A stretch of 64,000 nt of DNA from the NCBI GenBank assembly GCA_023267215.1, contig JAHFNS010000001.1, positions 98,736 to 162,735 of the forward strand, read 5' to 3'. The stretch is from Candidatus Nomurabacteria bacterium. Lineage in GTDB: Bacteria; Patescibacteriota; Minisyncoccia; Phycocordibacterales; UBA9973. Within the stretch, counting starts at the first letter, position 1, and every line of letters begins with the position of its first letter. Shown here in pieces: positions 1 through 8,858 of the stretch. Made by a program: the position numbers and the translations under genes. Under the pieces are notes generated by a model that saw nothing but the letters and a program-made list of their open reading frames with translations, was not told the origin of the DNA and did not search any database.

Positions 1-518
1 AAATTTTTGAGCTTTTAGAAGAGGGGAAGAATCTAGCATTAGTTTCAGATGCTGGTACTCCGACTATCTCTGACCCTGGAGCAATGCTTATTTCTAAAAT
101 AAAAGAAAAGTTTTCCCAGAAGACGGTCTTCGGGGAAGAACCCCGAAGACCGTCTTCTGGGGTAGAAGTTATTCCAATTCCTGGAGCTTCTGCAGTTATT
201 GCTGCACTTTCTGCTTCTGGACTTCCAACGCATGAATTCACATTTCTAGGATTTCTTCCACACAAAAAAGGAAGAGAAACTTTATTTAAAGAAATTGCTG
301 AATCAAAACGCACAATGGTTTTCTATGAATCCCCACATCGCATTTTAAAAACATTAGAATCCTTAAATAAATTTTGTCCAAATAAAAAAGTTTGTATTGC
401 TCGCGAAATCACTAAGATTTATGAAGAGTTTAAAACAGGTACACCACAAGAACTTTTAGAATATTTAAAAAAAAATCCCGTAAAACAAAAAGGGGAGTTT
501 ACAGTATTAGTTTCTTAA
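1..518 (+). CDS. rsmI: 16S rRNA (cytidine1402-2'-O)-methyltransferase, 5'-truncated by the window edge
   Basis: Frame open from nt 3: LVSDAGTPTISDPG, IPIPGASA, FLGFLP, FYESPHR, REITKIYEE, KGEF motifs. Confidence 0.95.
   Translation, partial: IFELLEEGKNLALVSDAGTPTISDPGAMLISKIKEKFSQKTVFGEEPRRPSSGVEVIPIPGASAVIAALSASGLPTHEFTFLGFLPHKKGRETLFKEIAESKRTMVFYESPHRILKTLESLNKFCPNKKVCIAREITKIYEEFKTGTPQELLEYLKKNPVKQKGEFTVLVS
115..161. repeat. Palindromic element family A, in frame inside rsmI
   Basis: CCCAGAAGACGGTCTTCGGGG-aagaa-CCCCGAAGACCGTCTTCTGGG, perfect 21-bp arms; same core as 42652-42698. Confidence 0.92.
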
Positions 519-519
519 T

Positions 520-2484
520 TTACAACAAATCTTCTGGATCTACAGAGACTTCGTAGGAAAAAGGTAAAGACGAAAGTAAATCAAAAAGACGTTGGTCTAT
601 GGTTGAACCTATAGACAGGAGAGATAAAGACCACTTTTTTGGTTCTAATTTAATAAGTGCATTGGTGACATATTGGTTTTTGTTTTTAGCCATAAATCCG
701 CCGAATATGTCTGGAGCGTATTCTTTGAAAAGCTCTGCCAGCAATCTCTTTGCTTCTATAGAGCCCTCTTTATCTCCTAAATAAGTAATTTTAATAAAGC
801 GTTTATATGGAGGATAATTTAAATTTTTTCTATCTTCTAATTCTTCACGCACAAAAGGAAGCAAGTTTTCTCCCTTGACGGCAAGCAAGGCGGAATCATT
901 TTTATTTTTTGTATGAATGATTAGTTTTCTTTCAGTTAACGAAAGCATAGAGAGCAGAAGCTGAATTATTTTCTCACTCATTTTGTAATTTGGAATTGTC
1001 CAAAGCCCGTCAAAGGAAGCGATGACAGACAAATCAACTTTATTTTTTAAATAATAAAAAGCCATTTCTGTGCCGACCAATATAGAGCCGGGAGTTTCCT
1101 CAAATTCTTTTATTATTTTATTTGCCCCACTAGCCGTTTTTGCTATCTCTTTATCCAATTTAAATATTTTAACTTTTGGAAATTTTTCTTTTAACTCTTC
1201 ATATACAGTGTCTGTGCCTATACCGAGCGGCATCAAATTCCAGCTTTCACAAATAGGGCATTTAGTTTCAGGGTCTTTTTCAGTATTGCATTTATTACAG
1301 ACAAACATTCTTTTTTTACCATCACGAGACAAATACAATACCAGAGGAGCCATACATTCGTCGCAATTTATAGTTTCATTGCAATCTTTACATATAGTAT
1401 AAGTGGCTAGGCCCTTCCTTAAAGAAAATACAAAAACATTTTTTTTAGATTTTATAGTGTTTTCTATATCCTCAATGCTCTTATCTGCAAATATTTTAAA
1501 TTGAGAATTTATTTTTTCGTTTTGCGAAGAGGGCTCATCTTCTTGATTTGGATTTATTATATTTATAGATACTCTATTAAAATTGGTTCTAAAAGACATA
1601 GGGTAAACTTCGCCTAGATTTTCTGTTTCTTTTCTTGCAATTGTTTCAAAACGGAGCAATGTGTCAGCCAATATAAATTTCACATTAATTTTTGCTGCAT
1701 AAAGTTCGGCAAAAGTTCTCATATCAAAATGTGGTTTTGGAATCATTTTATAAACATTGGAACTTTCATGTTCCACTATAATAGCCCCTAAGTCTTCTCT
1801 CGGAACAGATAAGAATTGAGTAGTTCCAAGTATTAGTACTCCGTGTGTAGAATTTATTATTCTCTCATAATTTTCAAGGATTTTTTTAGGTTTTAAACTT
1901 CCATGCATAGTGAAAGTAAAATTTTCTATACCTTTAGAAAGAGCTTGCTCAAATATTTCTATGTCATACTCTGTTGGTAATATTATGAAGACAGATTTTT
2001 TGAGAGCAAAATATCCGCGAATCAAAGTTTTGTAATAAGAAATACGATCTTCTAAAGAAGCTTGCAAAAGTAATTTTTCAGTTTTAATATTTGGATTTAC
2101 AAGACGGTCTTTAAGAAATTCTATATTAGAAAATTTTACTATTTGGTCATATTTTTCCCGAAAGATAGCAGGAACAAAAGAAATTACTCCGCTGTTTTTT
2201 TTGGAAATAAAATAAGAAGAAATAGAAAGCGCAGATTCCAGAAATTCATTTTTGAAAATGGAATACTTTTTTACTTCATTTATTTTCTTTAATTTGAAAG
2301 GCATACCCTTTATGCCAGATTTTGCATTACTCAAATCTTCACAAGATATTACTAAACCTAAGATTTTTTTATTACGGATGGGTACACTGACAATACTTCC
2401 ATTTTCTATATCTTTCGCAGTAAAATAAGTCAAGTCTGTTTTGAATACTCCTTTCTGAAGTGGGATTATTGTTACAATTTTCAT
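520..2484 (-). CDS. priA: Primosomal protein N' (PriA)-like, helicase motifs degenerate
   Basis: N-terminal 3'-binding-like region, four CxxC pairs, GIGTDTV, ILVGT, YPPY C-terminus. Confidence 0.85.
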   Translation of the reverse strand: MKIVTIIPLQKGVFKTDLTYFTAKDIENGSIVSVPIRNKKILGLVISCEDLSNAKSGIKGMPFKLKKINEVKKYSIFKNEFLESALSISSYFISKKNSGVISFVPAIFREKYDQIVKFSNIEFLKDRLVNPNIKTEKLLLQASLEDRISYYKTLIRGYFALKKSVFIILPTEYDIEIFEQALSKGIENFTFTMHGSLKPKKILENYERIINSTHGVLILGTTQFLSVPREDLGAIIVEHESSNVYKMIPKPHFDMRTFAELYAAKINVKFILADTLLRFETIARKETENLGEVYPMSFRTNFNRVSINIINPNQEDEPSSQNEKINSQFKIFADKSIEDIENTIKSKKNVFVFSLRKGLATYTICKDCNETINCDECMAPLVLYLSRDGKKRMFVCNKCNTEKDPETKCPICESWNLMPLGIGTDTVYEELKEKFPKVKIFKLDKEIAKTASGANKIIKEFEETPGSILVGTEMAFYYLKNKVDLSVIASFDGLWTIPNYKMSEKIIQLLLSMLSLTERKLIIHTKNKNDSALLAVKGENLLPFVREELEDRKNLNYPPYKRFIKITYLGDKEGSIEAKRLLAELFKEYAPDIFGGFMAKNKNQYVTNALIKLEPKKWSLSLLSIGSTIDQRLFDLLSSLPFSYEVSVDPEDLL

Positions 2485-2521
2485 CTTTTCATTCTATCAT
2501 AAATTGTGTTATATTTACGGG

Positions 2522-3535
2522 ATGAGTATTTTTTCTAGAAAATTAGGCATAGATTTAGGAACAGCCAACACATTGGTCTTTTTGCCAGGCAAAGGTATCG
2601 TTTTAAACGAACCTTCTGTGGTAGCTGTTTCAGAACAAGACAACAAAATCTTGGCTATTGGCTTTGAAGCAAAAGACATGATAGGAAAAACGCCGGATTC
2701 CATCATCACTTATTGTCCAATGAAAGACGGAGTTATTGCAGATTATCGAGTGACAGAAGCAATGCTCAAATATTTTATAAATAAAGCTTTAGGGAAATTT
2801 AATTTATTTAAACCAGATGTGATGGTCTCTGTACCTGCTGGGGTGACTTCCACAGAACGTAGAGCTGTCGTCGAAGCAGCTATTCGCGCAGGAGCAAAAA
2901 ATGCTTATGTGGTGAAAGAGCCTATTTTAGCTGCGATAGGTGCTGGAATCCCTATTTATGAATCAAAAGGGTATATGGTTGTAGATATCGGTGGAGGTAC
3001 GACGGATGTAGCAGTAATATCTTTAGGAGGAATAGTTTCTTCTACTTCTGTAAAATGTGCTGGAAATAAAATAGATCAAGCTATCGCAGATTATATTAAA
3101 AAAACTTTCAACTTGGCGATAGGCGATAGAACAGCAGAAGAAGTTAAAATAAAAATCGGTGCAGCTGTGCCTCTCGAAGAAGAACTTCGAGTGACCATCA
3201 AAGGACGAGATTTTATTCAAGGCTTGCCACGTTCTGCTCAAGTTGGGACTAATGAAATAGTCAAAGCGATAGACGGAGAATTAAAACAAATAATAAAAGC
3301 GATCAAAGATGTATTACAAGAAACTCCACCCGAACTTGCTTCTGATATTATGGACTATGGAATTATTATGACAGGCGGTTCTTCGCAATTACGCAACCTG
3401 ACAGATTTGGTCTATAGAAAAACTGGAGTAAAAGCGACACTTGCTGAGGATGCTCTCTTTTGTGTAGCAAAAGGTACAGGTATAGCTCTGGAACATTTAG
3501 ACGTCTATAAAAAAACAGTTTTAAGTAAAAAATAA
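2522..3535 (+). CDS. mreB: Rod shape-determining protein MreB/Mbl
   Basis: GIDLGTANT, EPSVVA, DIGGGTTD, TGGSS; ATG at 2522 preferred over TTG at 2504. Confidence 0.96.
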   Translation: MSIFSRKLGIDLGTANTLVFLPGKGIVLNEPSVVAVSEQDNKILAIGFEAKDMIGKTPDSIITYCPMKDGVIADYRVTEAMLKYFINKALGKFNLFKPDVMVSVPAGVTSTERRAVVEAAIRAGAKNAYVVKEPILAAIGAGIPIYESKGYMVVDIGGGTTDVAVISLGGIVSSTSVKCAGNKIDQAIADYIKKTFNLAIGDRTAEEVKIKIGAAVPLEEELRVTIKGRDFIQGLPRSAQVGTNEIVKAIDGELKQIIKAIKDVLQETPPELASDIMDYGIIMTGGSSQLRNLTDLVYRKTGVKATLAEDALFCVAKGTGIALEHLDVYKKTVLSKK

Positions 3536-3540
3536 AAATA

Positions 3541-4272
3541 ATGGGAATTTTAGAAAATATAGATAAAAATAATCTGCATCATGCTTATCTAATAGAAGGT
3601 GATAAAGAGGAAATTATACCAGAGCTTTTAAAATTTCTAAAAAATTTAGGAATAGAAACATCTCACAATCCAGATTTTTGTCAGATTACACTCGATTCTT
3701 TTAAAATTGAAGATGCTCGTAATTTAAAATCGATAGGAAACGAAAAAGGTTTTTCTGTAGGTAAAAAAGTATTTTTAATTTCAGCTAATAATTTTTTATT
3801 GGAGGCACAAAATACATTGTTAAAAATATTTGAAGAGCCGATAGAAAATACTCATTTTTTTATAATAGTGCCTAACGCAGATGTTCTTTTAAAAACTCTT
3901 GTTTCTAGATTTTATTTAATCAAAACGAAATCGGAAATGATAGATGAGTTGAAAGAAGCTGAGAAGTTTATAACTATGCCTCTTAAAAACAGGATTGATT
4001 TTATTAAGGAATTGATAACTGAAGAAGAGGAAGAAGACGAAGAAGAAACATTAGAAATAAAAAGCACTAAAGCAAAAGCTTTAAAATTTCTAAATGCGCT
4101 AGAATCTGTGCTTGTGTCAAGGATGCCCTTTGACAAAAAGATGTCAAGGGGCATCCTTGACACTAAAACTTGTTTTGCCCACATTTTCAAAGTTCGTGAA
4201 TTTATAAACCAACCAGGCTCGTCTTTAAAAACCTTAATGGAATCTGTAGCCTTAATGATTCCCAATTTTTAA
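3541..4272 (+). CDS. holB: DNA polymerase III delta-prime-like clamp-loader subunit (short form)
   Basis: HHAYLIEG, HNPDF, EAQNTLLKIFEEP, TLVSR motifs. Confidence 0.7.
   Translation: MGILENIDKNNLHHAYLIEGDKEEIIPELLKFLKNLGIETSHNPDFCQITLDSFKIEDARNLKSIGNEKGFSVGKKVFLISANNFLLEAQNTLLKIFEEPIENTHFFIIVPNADVLLKTLVSRFYLIKTKSEMIDELKEAEKFITMPLKNRIDFIKELITEEEEEDEEETLEIKSTKAKALKFLNALESVLVSRMPFDKKMSRGILDTKTCFAHIFKVREFINQPGSSLKTLMESVALMIPNF
4114..4163. repeat. Nested palindrome in frame inside the holB-like gene
   Basis: GTGTCAAGGATGCCCTTTGACA-aaaaga-TGTCAAGGGGCATCCTTGACAC, 22-bp arms with one mismatch; each arm is itself an inverted repeat. Confidence 0.88.
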
Positions 4273-4301
4273 CTTTTATCATTAAATGATACAATATACA
4301 T

Positions 4302-4853
4302 ATGTTATTCAACTTTTCAAATTTTAAAACAGAGCTTAATAAAATAGCTGAATTTTTAAGCAAAGAATACAGTCAATTAAACATTGGCCGAGCTTCTCCT
4401 ATGGTTTTAGATTCTATTTCTGTAGAATTTTATGGAGCAAGTCAGCCTATAAAAAACGTCGCTTCTATTTCTATAGAAGATCCAAAAACACTAAGAATCA
4501 ATCCTTGGGATAAAAATCAGATTAAAGAAATAGAGAAGGCTATCATGGCTTCAAACTTAGGGTTGTCTGTAGCTGTCGATGGTGCAGGAATAAGAGTGAT
4601 ATTTCCTCAACAAACAACAGAGAGTAGACAAAAATTAGTGAAAGTTTTGAAAGATAAATTAGAAGAAAGTAGAATAGTCGTTCGTAAAGAAAGAGAAAAA
4701 GCTTGGGATGATATTCAAAAAATGGAAAAGGAGGGGAATATGACAGAAGATGAAAAATTCAGAGCAAAGGATGAATTGCAAAAAGTTATAGATGAAATAA
4801 ATCAAAAGTTGGAAGGTGTCTTCGAGAAAAAAGAAAAAGAAGTAATCGGATAA
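4302..4853 (+). CDS. frr: Ribosome recycling factor
   Basis: GRASP, LRINPWDK, IRVIFP, KKEKE C-terminus. Confidence 0.95.
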   Translation: MLFNFSNFKTELNKIAEFLSKEYSQLNIGRASPMVLDSISVEFYGASQPIKNVASISIEDPKTLRINPWDKNQIKEIEKAIMASNLGLSVAVDGAGIRVIFPQQTTESRQKLVKVLKDKLEESRIVVRKEREKAWDDIQKMEKEGNMTEDEKFRAKDELQKVIDEINQKLEGVFEKKEKEVIG

Positions 4854-4855
4854 AT

Positions 4856-5944
4856 ATGAACATATTGATTTTTATAATAATTTTATTAGTTTTGGTGCTT
4901 GTTCATGAATTTGGGCATTTTTTTACTGCTAAAAGATTTGGTATTAGAGTAGATGAATTTGGTTTTGGTTTTCCTCCAAAATTATTTGGTATAAAAAAAG
5001 GGGAGACAGAATATAGTATTAATCTTCTACCAATTGGTGGATTTGTGAAAATTTTTGGCGAAGATCCAAACGAAGAAAATACAGTAGGACCAGATGCTGC
5101 TAGGAGTTTTGTAAATAAACCAAAATATAAACAAGCAATAGTTCTTTTCGCTGGAGTCTTTGCGAATTTTTTACTTGCTTGGCTTTTGTTTTCTATTGGT
5201 TTTATATCAGGACTTCCTACTTCTGTTGGTAGTGAGCCGAAAGATTATAAAATGGAGAATGTGCATCTTGTTGTTCTTTCTGTTTTGCCAAATTCTCCAG
5301 CTCTAGCTGCTGGTCTAAAAACCGGAGATAAAATAGTTTATATAAAAAGTGGAGATGCTGTCACAGATCAAATCAGCCCTGAGACTGTCAAATCTTTTGT
5401 TGCTTTAGGTAAACAATTAGACATGGCATATCTTCGTGGCAATGACCCGACTTATAATATGATCCAGGTTATTCCAAAAGATACTAATGGTACTTATGCA
5501 ATAGGTATTTCTATGGATCAGATAGGGACCGTTAAATTGCCCTTTTTTAATGCCTTTTGGGAGGGTTTAAAATTAGACTGGTCTGTTACAGAAGGTACTG
5601 TTGTGGGGCTTTATACGCTCATTGTAGGGGGTATTATGGGTAAAGGAAGCTTTGCGAACGTTACTGGTCCTGTCGGAATGGTGGGTATCGTAGGTAATGC
5701 GTATCAATTTGGTTTTGTATATTTATTCTCTTTCGCTGCTTTAATTTCAGTGAATTTGGCGATAATAAATCTGATTCCATTTCCAGCCCTAGATGGTGGT
5801 CGTCTCTTCTTTTTACTTATTGAAAAAATAAAAGGTTCTCGTATGAATCCTAAATTTGCAAATACTGCAAACATGGTGGGCTTTGCAATTTTAATTATTC
5901 TCATGCTTCTTGTCACTTATCATGATGTAGTTAAATTATTTTGA
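4856..5944 (+). CDS. rseP: RIP metalloprotease RseP (M50, PDZ)
   Basis: HEFGH, GGFVKI, NLIPFPALDGG. Confidence 0.95.
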   Translation: MNILIFIIILLVLVLVHEFGHFFTAKRFGIRVDEFGFGFPPKLFGIKKGETEYSINLLPIGGFVKIFGEDPNEENTVGPDAARSFVNKPKYKQAIVLFAGVFANFLLAWLLFSIGFISGLPTSVGSEPKDYKMENVHLVVLSVLPNSPALAAGLKTGDKIVYIKSGDAVTDQISPETVKSFVALGKQLDMAYLRGNDPTYNMIQVIPKDTNGTYAIGISMDQIGTVKLPFFNAFWEGLKLDWSVTEGTVVGLYTLIVGGIMGKGSFANVTGPVGMVGIVGNAYQFGFVYLFSFAALISVNLAIINLIPFPALDGGRLFFLLIEKIKGSRMNPKFANTANMVGFAILIILMLLVTYHDVVKLF

Positions 5945-5999
5945 CCTCACCTAGAGCCCCTCTCCTTAATAAGGAGAGGGTGGCCAAAGGTCGGGTGAA
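5944..5999 (+). repeat. REP-like hairpin family B, intergenic copy
   Basis: ACCTCACC..CCCTCTCCTT-aat-AAGGAGAGGG..GGGTGAA; related copies at 36669-36706 and 47861-47896. Confidence 0.8.
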
Positions 6000-6007
6000 G
6001 TGTATTT

Positions 6008-7726
6008 ATGAAATCAGAAACTAAAACATGTCAGAATTGCAAACAAGACTTCACTATCGAGCCAGAAGATTTTAATTTTTATGAAAAAATAAAAGTTCCA
6101 CCACCGACATTTTGTCCAGAATGTAGAAGACAAAGACGTTTTGTTTGGCGAAATGAACGGGTGTTATATCGTCGTACTTGTGGTTTATGTAATAAAAATG
6201 TTATTGCAATATATCACGAATCTTCACCTTTTCCTGTGTATTGTCGAGAATGTTGGTATGGAGATAAATGGGATCCTACTTCTTATGGTAGAGAGTATGA
6301 TATGTCTAAATCATTTTTTGAACAATATAAAGAATTATCTAATGTTGTTCCAAGATTGGCTATGTGGCAAAGAAATTGTATAGATTCAGATTACTCAAAT
6401 ATGGCTGGAGAATCAAAAAATGTTTATTTATCTGTTTCGGTTGTAAAAAATTCAGAAAATATTTTTTATTCAAAATCCGTAGATAAATCAAAAGACATTG
6501 TAGATTGTTTAAATATTATAAATGGATCTGAAAGTTTATATGAAAATGTCGAAGCACAGAGTAATTATAATTCACAATATCTTTTATTATGTAGAAGTTG
6601 TATGGATTCTTATTATTTGGTTGATTGCGTAAATTGTAGTAACTGTTTTTTGTCTTATAATTTAAGGAATAAACAATTTTGTATAAACAACAAAGAATAT
6701 AAAAAGGAAGATTATTTTAGAGAGGTAGAAAAGTTCAATTTAAAAAGTAGAGCTTCTCGTCAAGTTTTATTAAAAAGATTTGATGAGATAAAAAAGAAAT
6801 CCATTTATCGTTTTGGAAATATTAATAGGTGTGTGAATGTTACAGGCAACAATCTTTTAAATGTTAAAAATGGTAAAAGTTGTTTTGAAATTTATAACAT
6901 AGAAAATGTAAAATATTGCTATAGAGCTTTTGATATTAAAGATTCTATGGATTTTGACTATGGCGGATGGTCAGAATTACTTTATGAATATACGACAGGT
7001 GCGTTACATGATTACAATGTTAAGTTTAGTTATTCCGCAATGGATTCTGTGAGAAATGCTGATTATACAGAATCTTGTAGAAATTGTTCTAATATTTTTG
7101 GTTGTATTTCTCTCGTAAACACAGAAAATACAATATTAAATAAGGTTTATCCCGAAGAGGAATACAAAAAACTTCGTGAAGAAATTATCAAACAAATGAA
7201 TGAAGTACCATATATTGATAAAGTAGGTAGGGTTTATAAATATGGCGAATTTTTCCCAATAGAGTTATCACCCTGGGATTATAATGAGACTTTGGCCCAA
7301 GAATTTTTTCCTATTACAGAAGATACTGCGAAAGAAAAAGGATATCCATGGCGTCATTCAAACATAAAAAAATTTGAAATTACAATTACTTCAGAAAAAA
7401 TTTCTGATAATATAGATGACGTCAATGAAAATATTTTAAAAGAAGTTTTAGGATGTGCCCATAAGGGGAATTGTAGTCATCAATGTAATGTTGCTTTTCG
7501 TATAACGGACTATGAATTTAAATTCTATAAAAAACATAACATACCGTTACCTATTTTGTGTTCAAATTGTAGACATTATGAGAGATTCAAAGTTATGCCA
7601 GCATTAGATTTGTGGCATAGAAAATGTATGAAAGAGGGTTGTGATAATGAATTTGAGACAGCTTATGCTCCCGACAGGCCGGAGATTGTTTATTGTGAGA
7701 GATGTTATCAACAGGAAGTGTATTAA
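6008..7726 (+). CDS. Cys-rich zinc-ribbon/beta-repeat hypothetical protein of a family common in CPR genomes
   Basis: CQNCKQDF..PPTFCPECRRQRR N-terminus, CxNCxNCF repeats, YGEFFP, VYCERCYQQEVY C-terminus. Confidence 0.8.
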   Translation: MKSETKTCQNCKQDFTIEPEDFNFYEKIKVPPPTFCPECRRQRRFVWRNERVLYRRTCGLCNKNVIAIYHESSPFPVYCRECWYGDKWDPTSYGREYDMSKSFFEQYKELSNVVPRLAMWQRNCIDSDYSNMAGESKNVYLSVSVVKNSENIFYSKSVDKSKDIVDCLNIINGSESLYENVEAQSNYNSQYLLLCRSCMDSYYLVDCVNCSNCFLSYNLRNKQFCINNKEYKKEDYFREVEKFNLKSRASRQVLLKRFDEIKKKSIYRFGNINRCVNVTGNNLLNVKNGKSCFEIYNIENVKYCYRAFDIKDSMDFDYGGWSELLYEYTTGALHDYNVKFSYSAMDSVRNADYTESCRNCSNIFGCISLVNTENTILNKVYPEEEYKKLREEIIKQMNEVPYIDKVGRVYKYGEFFPIELSPWDYNETLAQEFFPITEDTAKEKGYPWRHSNIKKFEITITSEKISDNIDDVNENILKEVLGCAHKGNCSHQCNVAFRITDYEFKFYKKHNIPLPILCSNCRHYERFKVMPALDLWHRKCMKEGCDNEFETAYAPDRPEIVYCERCYQQEVY

Positions 7727-7727
7727 A

Positions 7728-7772
7728 TTCCCCTAAGCTGGGCTTAGGGGACAGAAGCCCAGCTTAGGGGAA
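7728..7772. repeat. Nested palindrome downstream of the zinc-ribbon gene
   Basis: TTCCCCTAAGCTGGGCTT-9 nt-AAGCCCAGCTTAGGGGAA perfect 18-bp arms; alternative CCCCTAAGC/GCTTAGGGG stem at 7730-7750. Confidence 0.85.
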
Positions 7773-7798
7773 GTCTAAAAATATGTTAATATAACTAT

Positions 7799-8854
7799 AT
7801 GCTTTTGAATTTGATTAAAATTTTTTTACCAATGATGACAGCTTTGCTAATAGGGCTTTTCATTACGCCATTTGCCACTCATTTTTTTTATAAATACAAA
7901 ATGTGGAGAAAATATTCTCGTGGTGATACGGTTGGTACTTTAGATTTTAAAAAAATTCATAATAGCGAAGAAGAACTTAAAACACCTAGAGTTGGTGGAA
8001 TAATTATTTGGGTTTCAATCCTTTTTTCTGTTTTGATTTTTTATTTTATTTCAATTTTTTTCCCATCAGATAATACTGAAAAAATTAATTTTTTAAGCAG
8101 AAATCAAACTCTAATTCCTCTTTTAGTTTTAATTTTTGGTTCTTTATTAGGTTTAACGGATGATTTGATTCAAATTTATGGAAAAGGAAAAATTGCTCAT
8201 GATGATAAATCTTGGCGAAAATGGAAAGCGTTTTTAGTATTTCTTATTTCTTTTTTGATTGGACTTTGGTTTTATTATAAATTAGGAATGGTCTCAATTC
8301 ATATTCCTTTTAATGGGGATTTGTATTTGGGGATTTTAATTATTCCATTTTTCATAATTGTTTCTTTGGCCACTTTTTCTGGAGGAATTATTGATGGTTT
8401 AGATGGACTCTCAGGAGGAGTACTTGCCTCGATTTTTTCAGCTTATTCTGTGATAGCATTTATGAATAATCAAATCGATATTGCTGCATTTTCAGCTGTA
8501 GTAACGGGAGCAATTTTGGCATTTCTTTGGTTTAATATTCCACCGGCTAGGTTTTATATGGGCGAAACAGGAATTATAGGTCTCACTATTACTTTGGCCA
8601 CCTTGGCTTTTTTAACTGATACCGTTTTGATTTTACCTATTGTGGCAATGCCTTTAGTTGTGACTTCTTTATCTGTTATTATTCAAATGATTTCTAAAAA
8701 AATGAGGAATGGTAAAAAAGTTTTTAAAATATCCCCACTGCATCATCATTTTGAAGCTTTAGGTTGGTCTCCTTATAAAGTGGTTATGCGTTATTGGATT
8801 TTTTCAATCTCTTTTTCAATTATAGGAATAATTTTAACTGTGATAAGTAGATAA
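7799..8854 (+). CDS. mraY: Phospho-N-acetylmuramoyl-pentapeptide transferase
   Basis: TPRVGG, DGLDGL, FLWFNIPPARFYMGETG, PLHHHFE. Confidence 0.95.
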   Translation: MLLNLIKIFLPMMTALLIGLFITPFATHFFYKYKMWRKYSRGDTVGTLDFKKIHNSEEELKTPRVGGIIIWVSILFSVLIFYFISIFFPSDNTEKINFLSRNQTLIPLLVLIFGSLLGLTDDLIQIYGKGKIAHDDKSWRKWKAFLVFLISFLIGLWFYYKLGMVSIHIPFNGDLYLGILIIPFFIIVSLATFSGGIIDGLDGLSGGVLASIFSAYSVIAFMNNQIDIAAFSAVVTGAILAFLWFNIPPARFYMGETGIIGLTITLATLAFLTDTVLILPIVAMPLVVTSLSVIIQMISKKMRNGKKVFKISPLHHHFEALGWSPYKVVMRYWIFSISFSIIGIILTVISR

Positions 8855-8858
8855 AATC

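Noticed and set aside
1526-1542. GAAGA..TCTTC mini-hairpin in priA
   Set aside because: Only 5-bp arms; expected by chance
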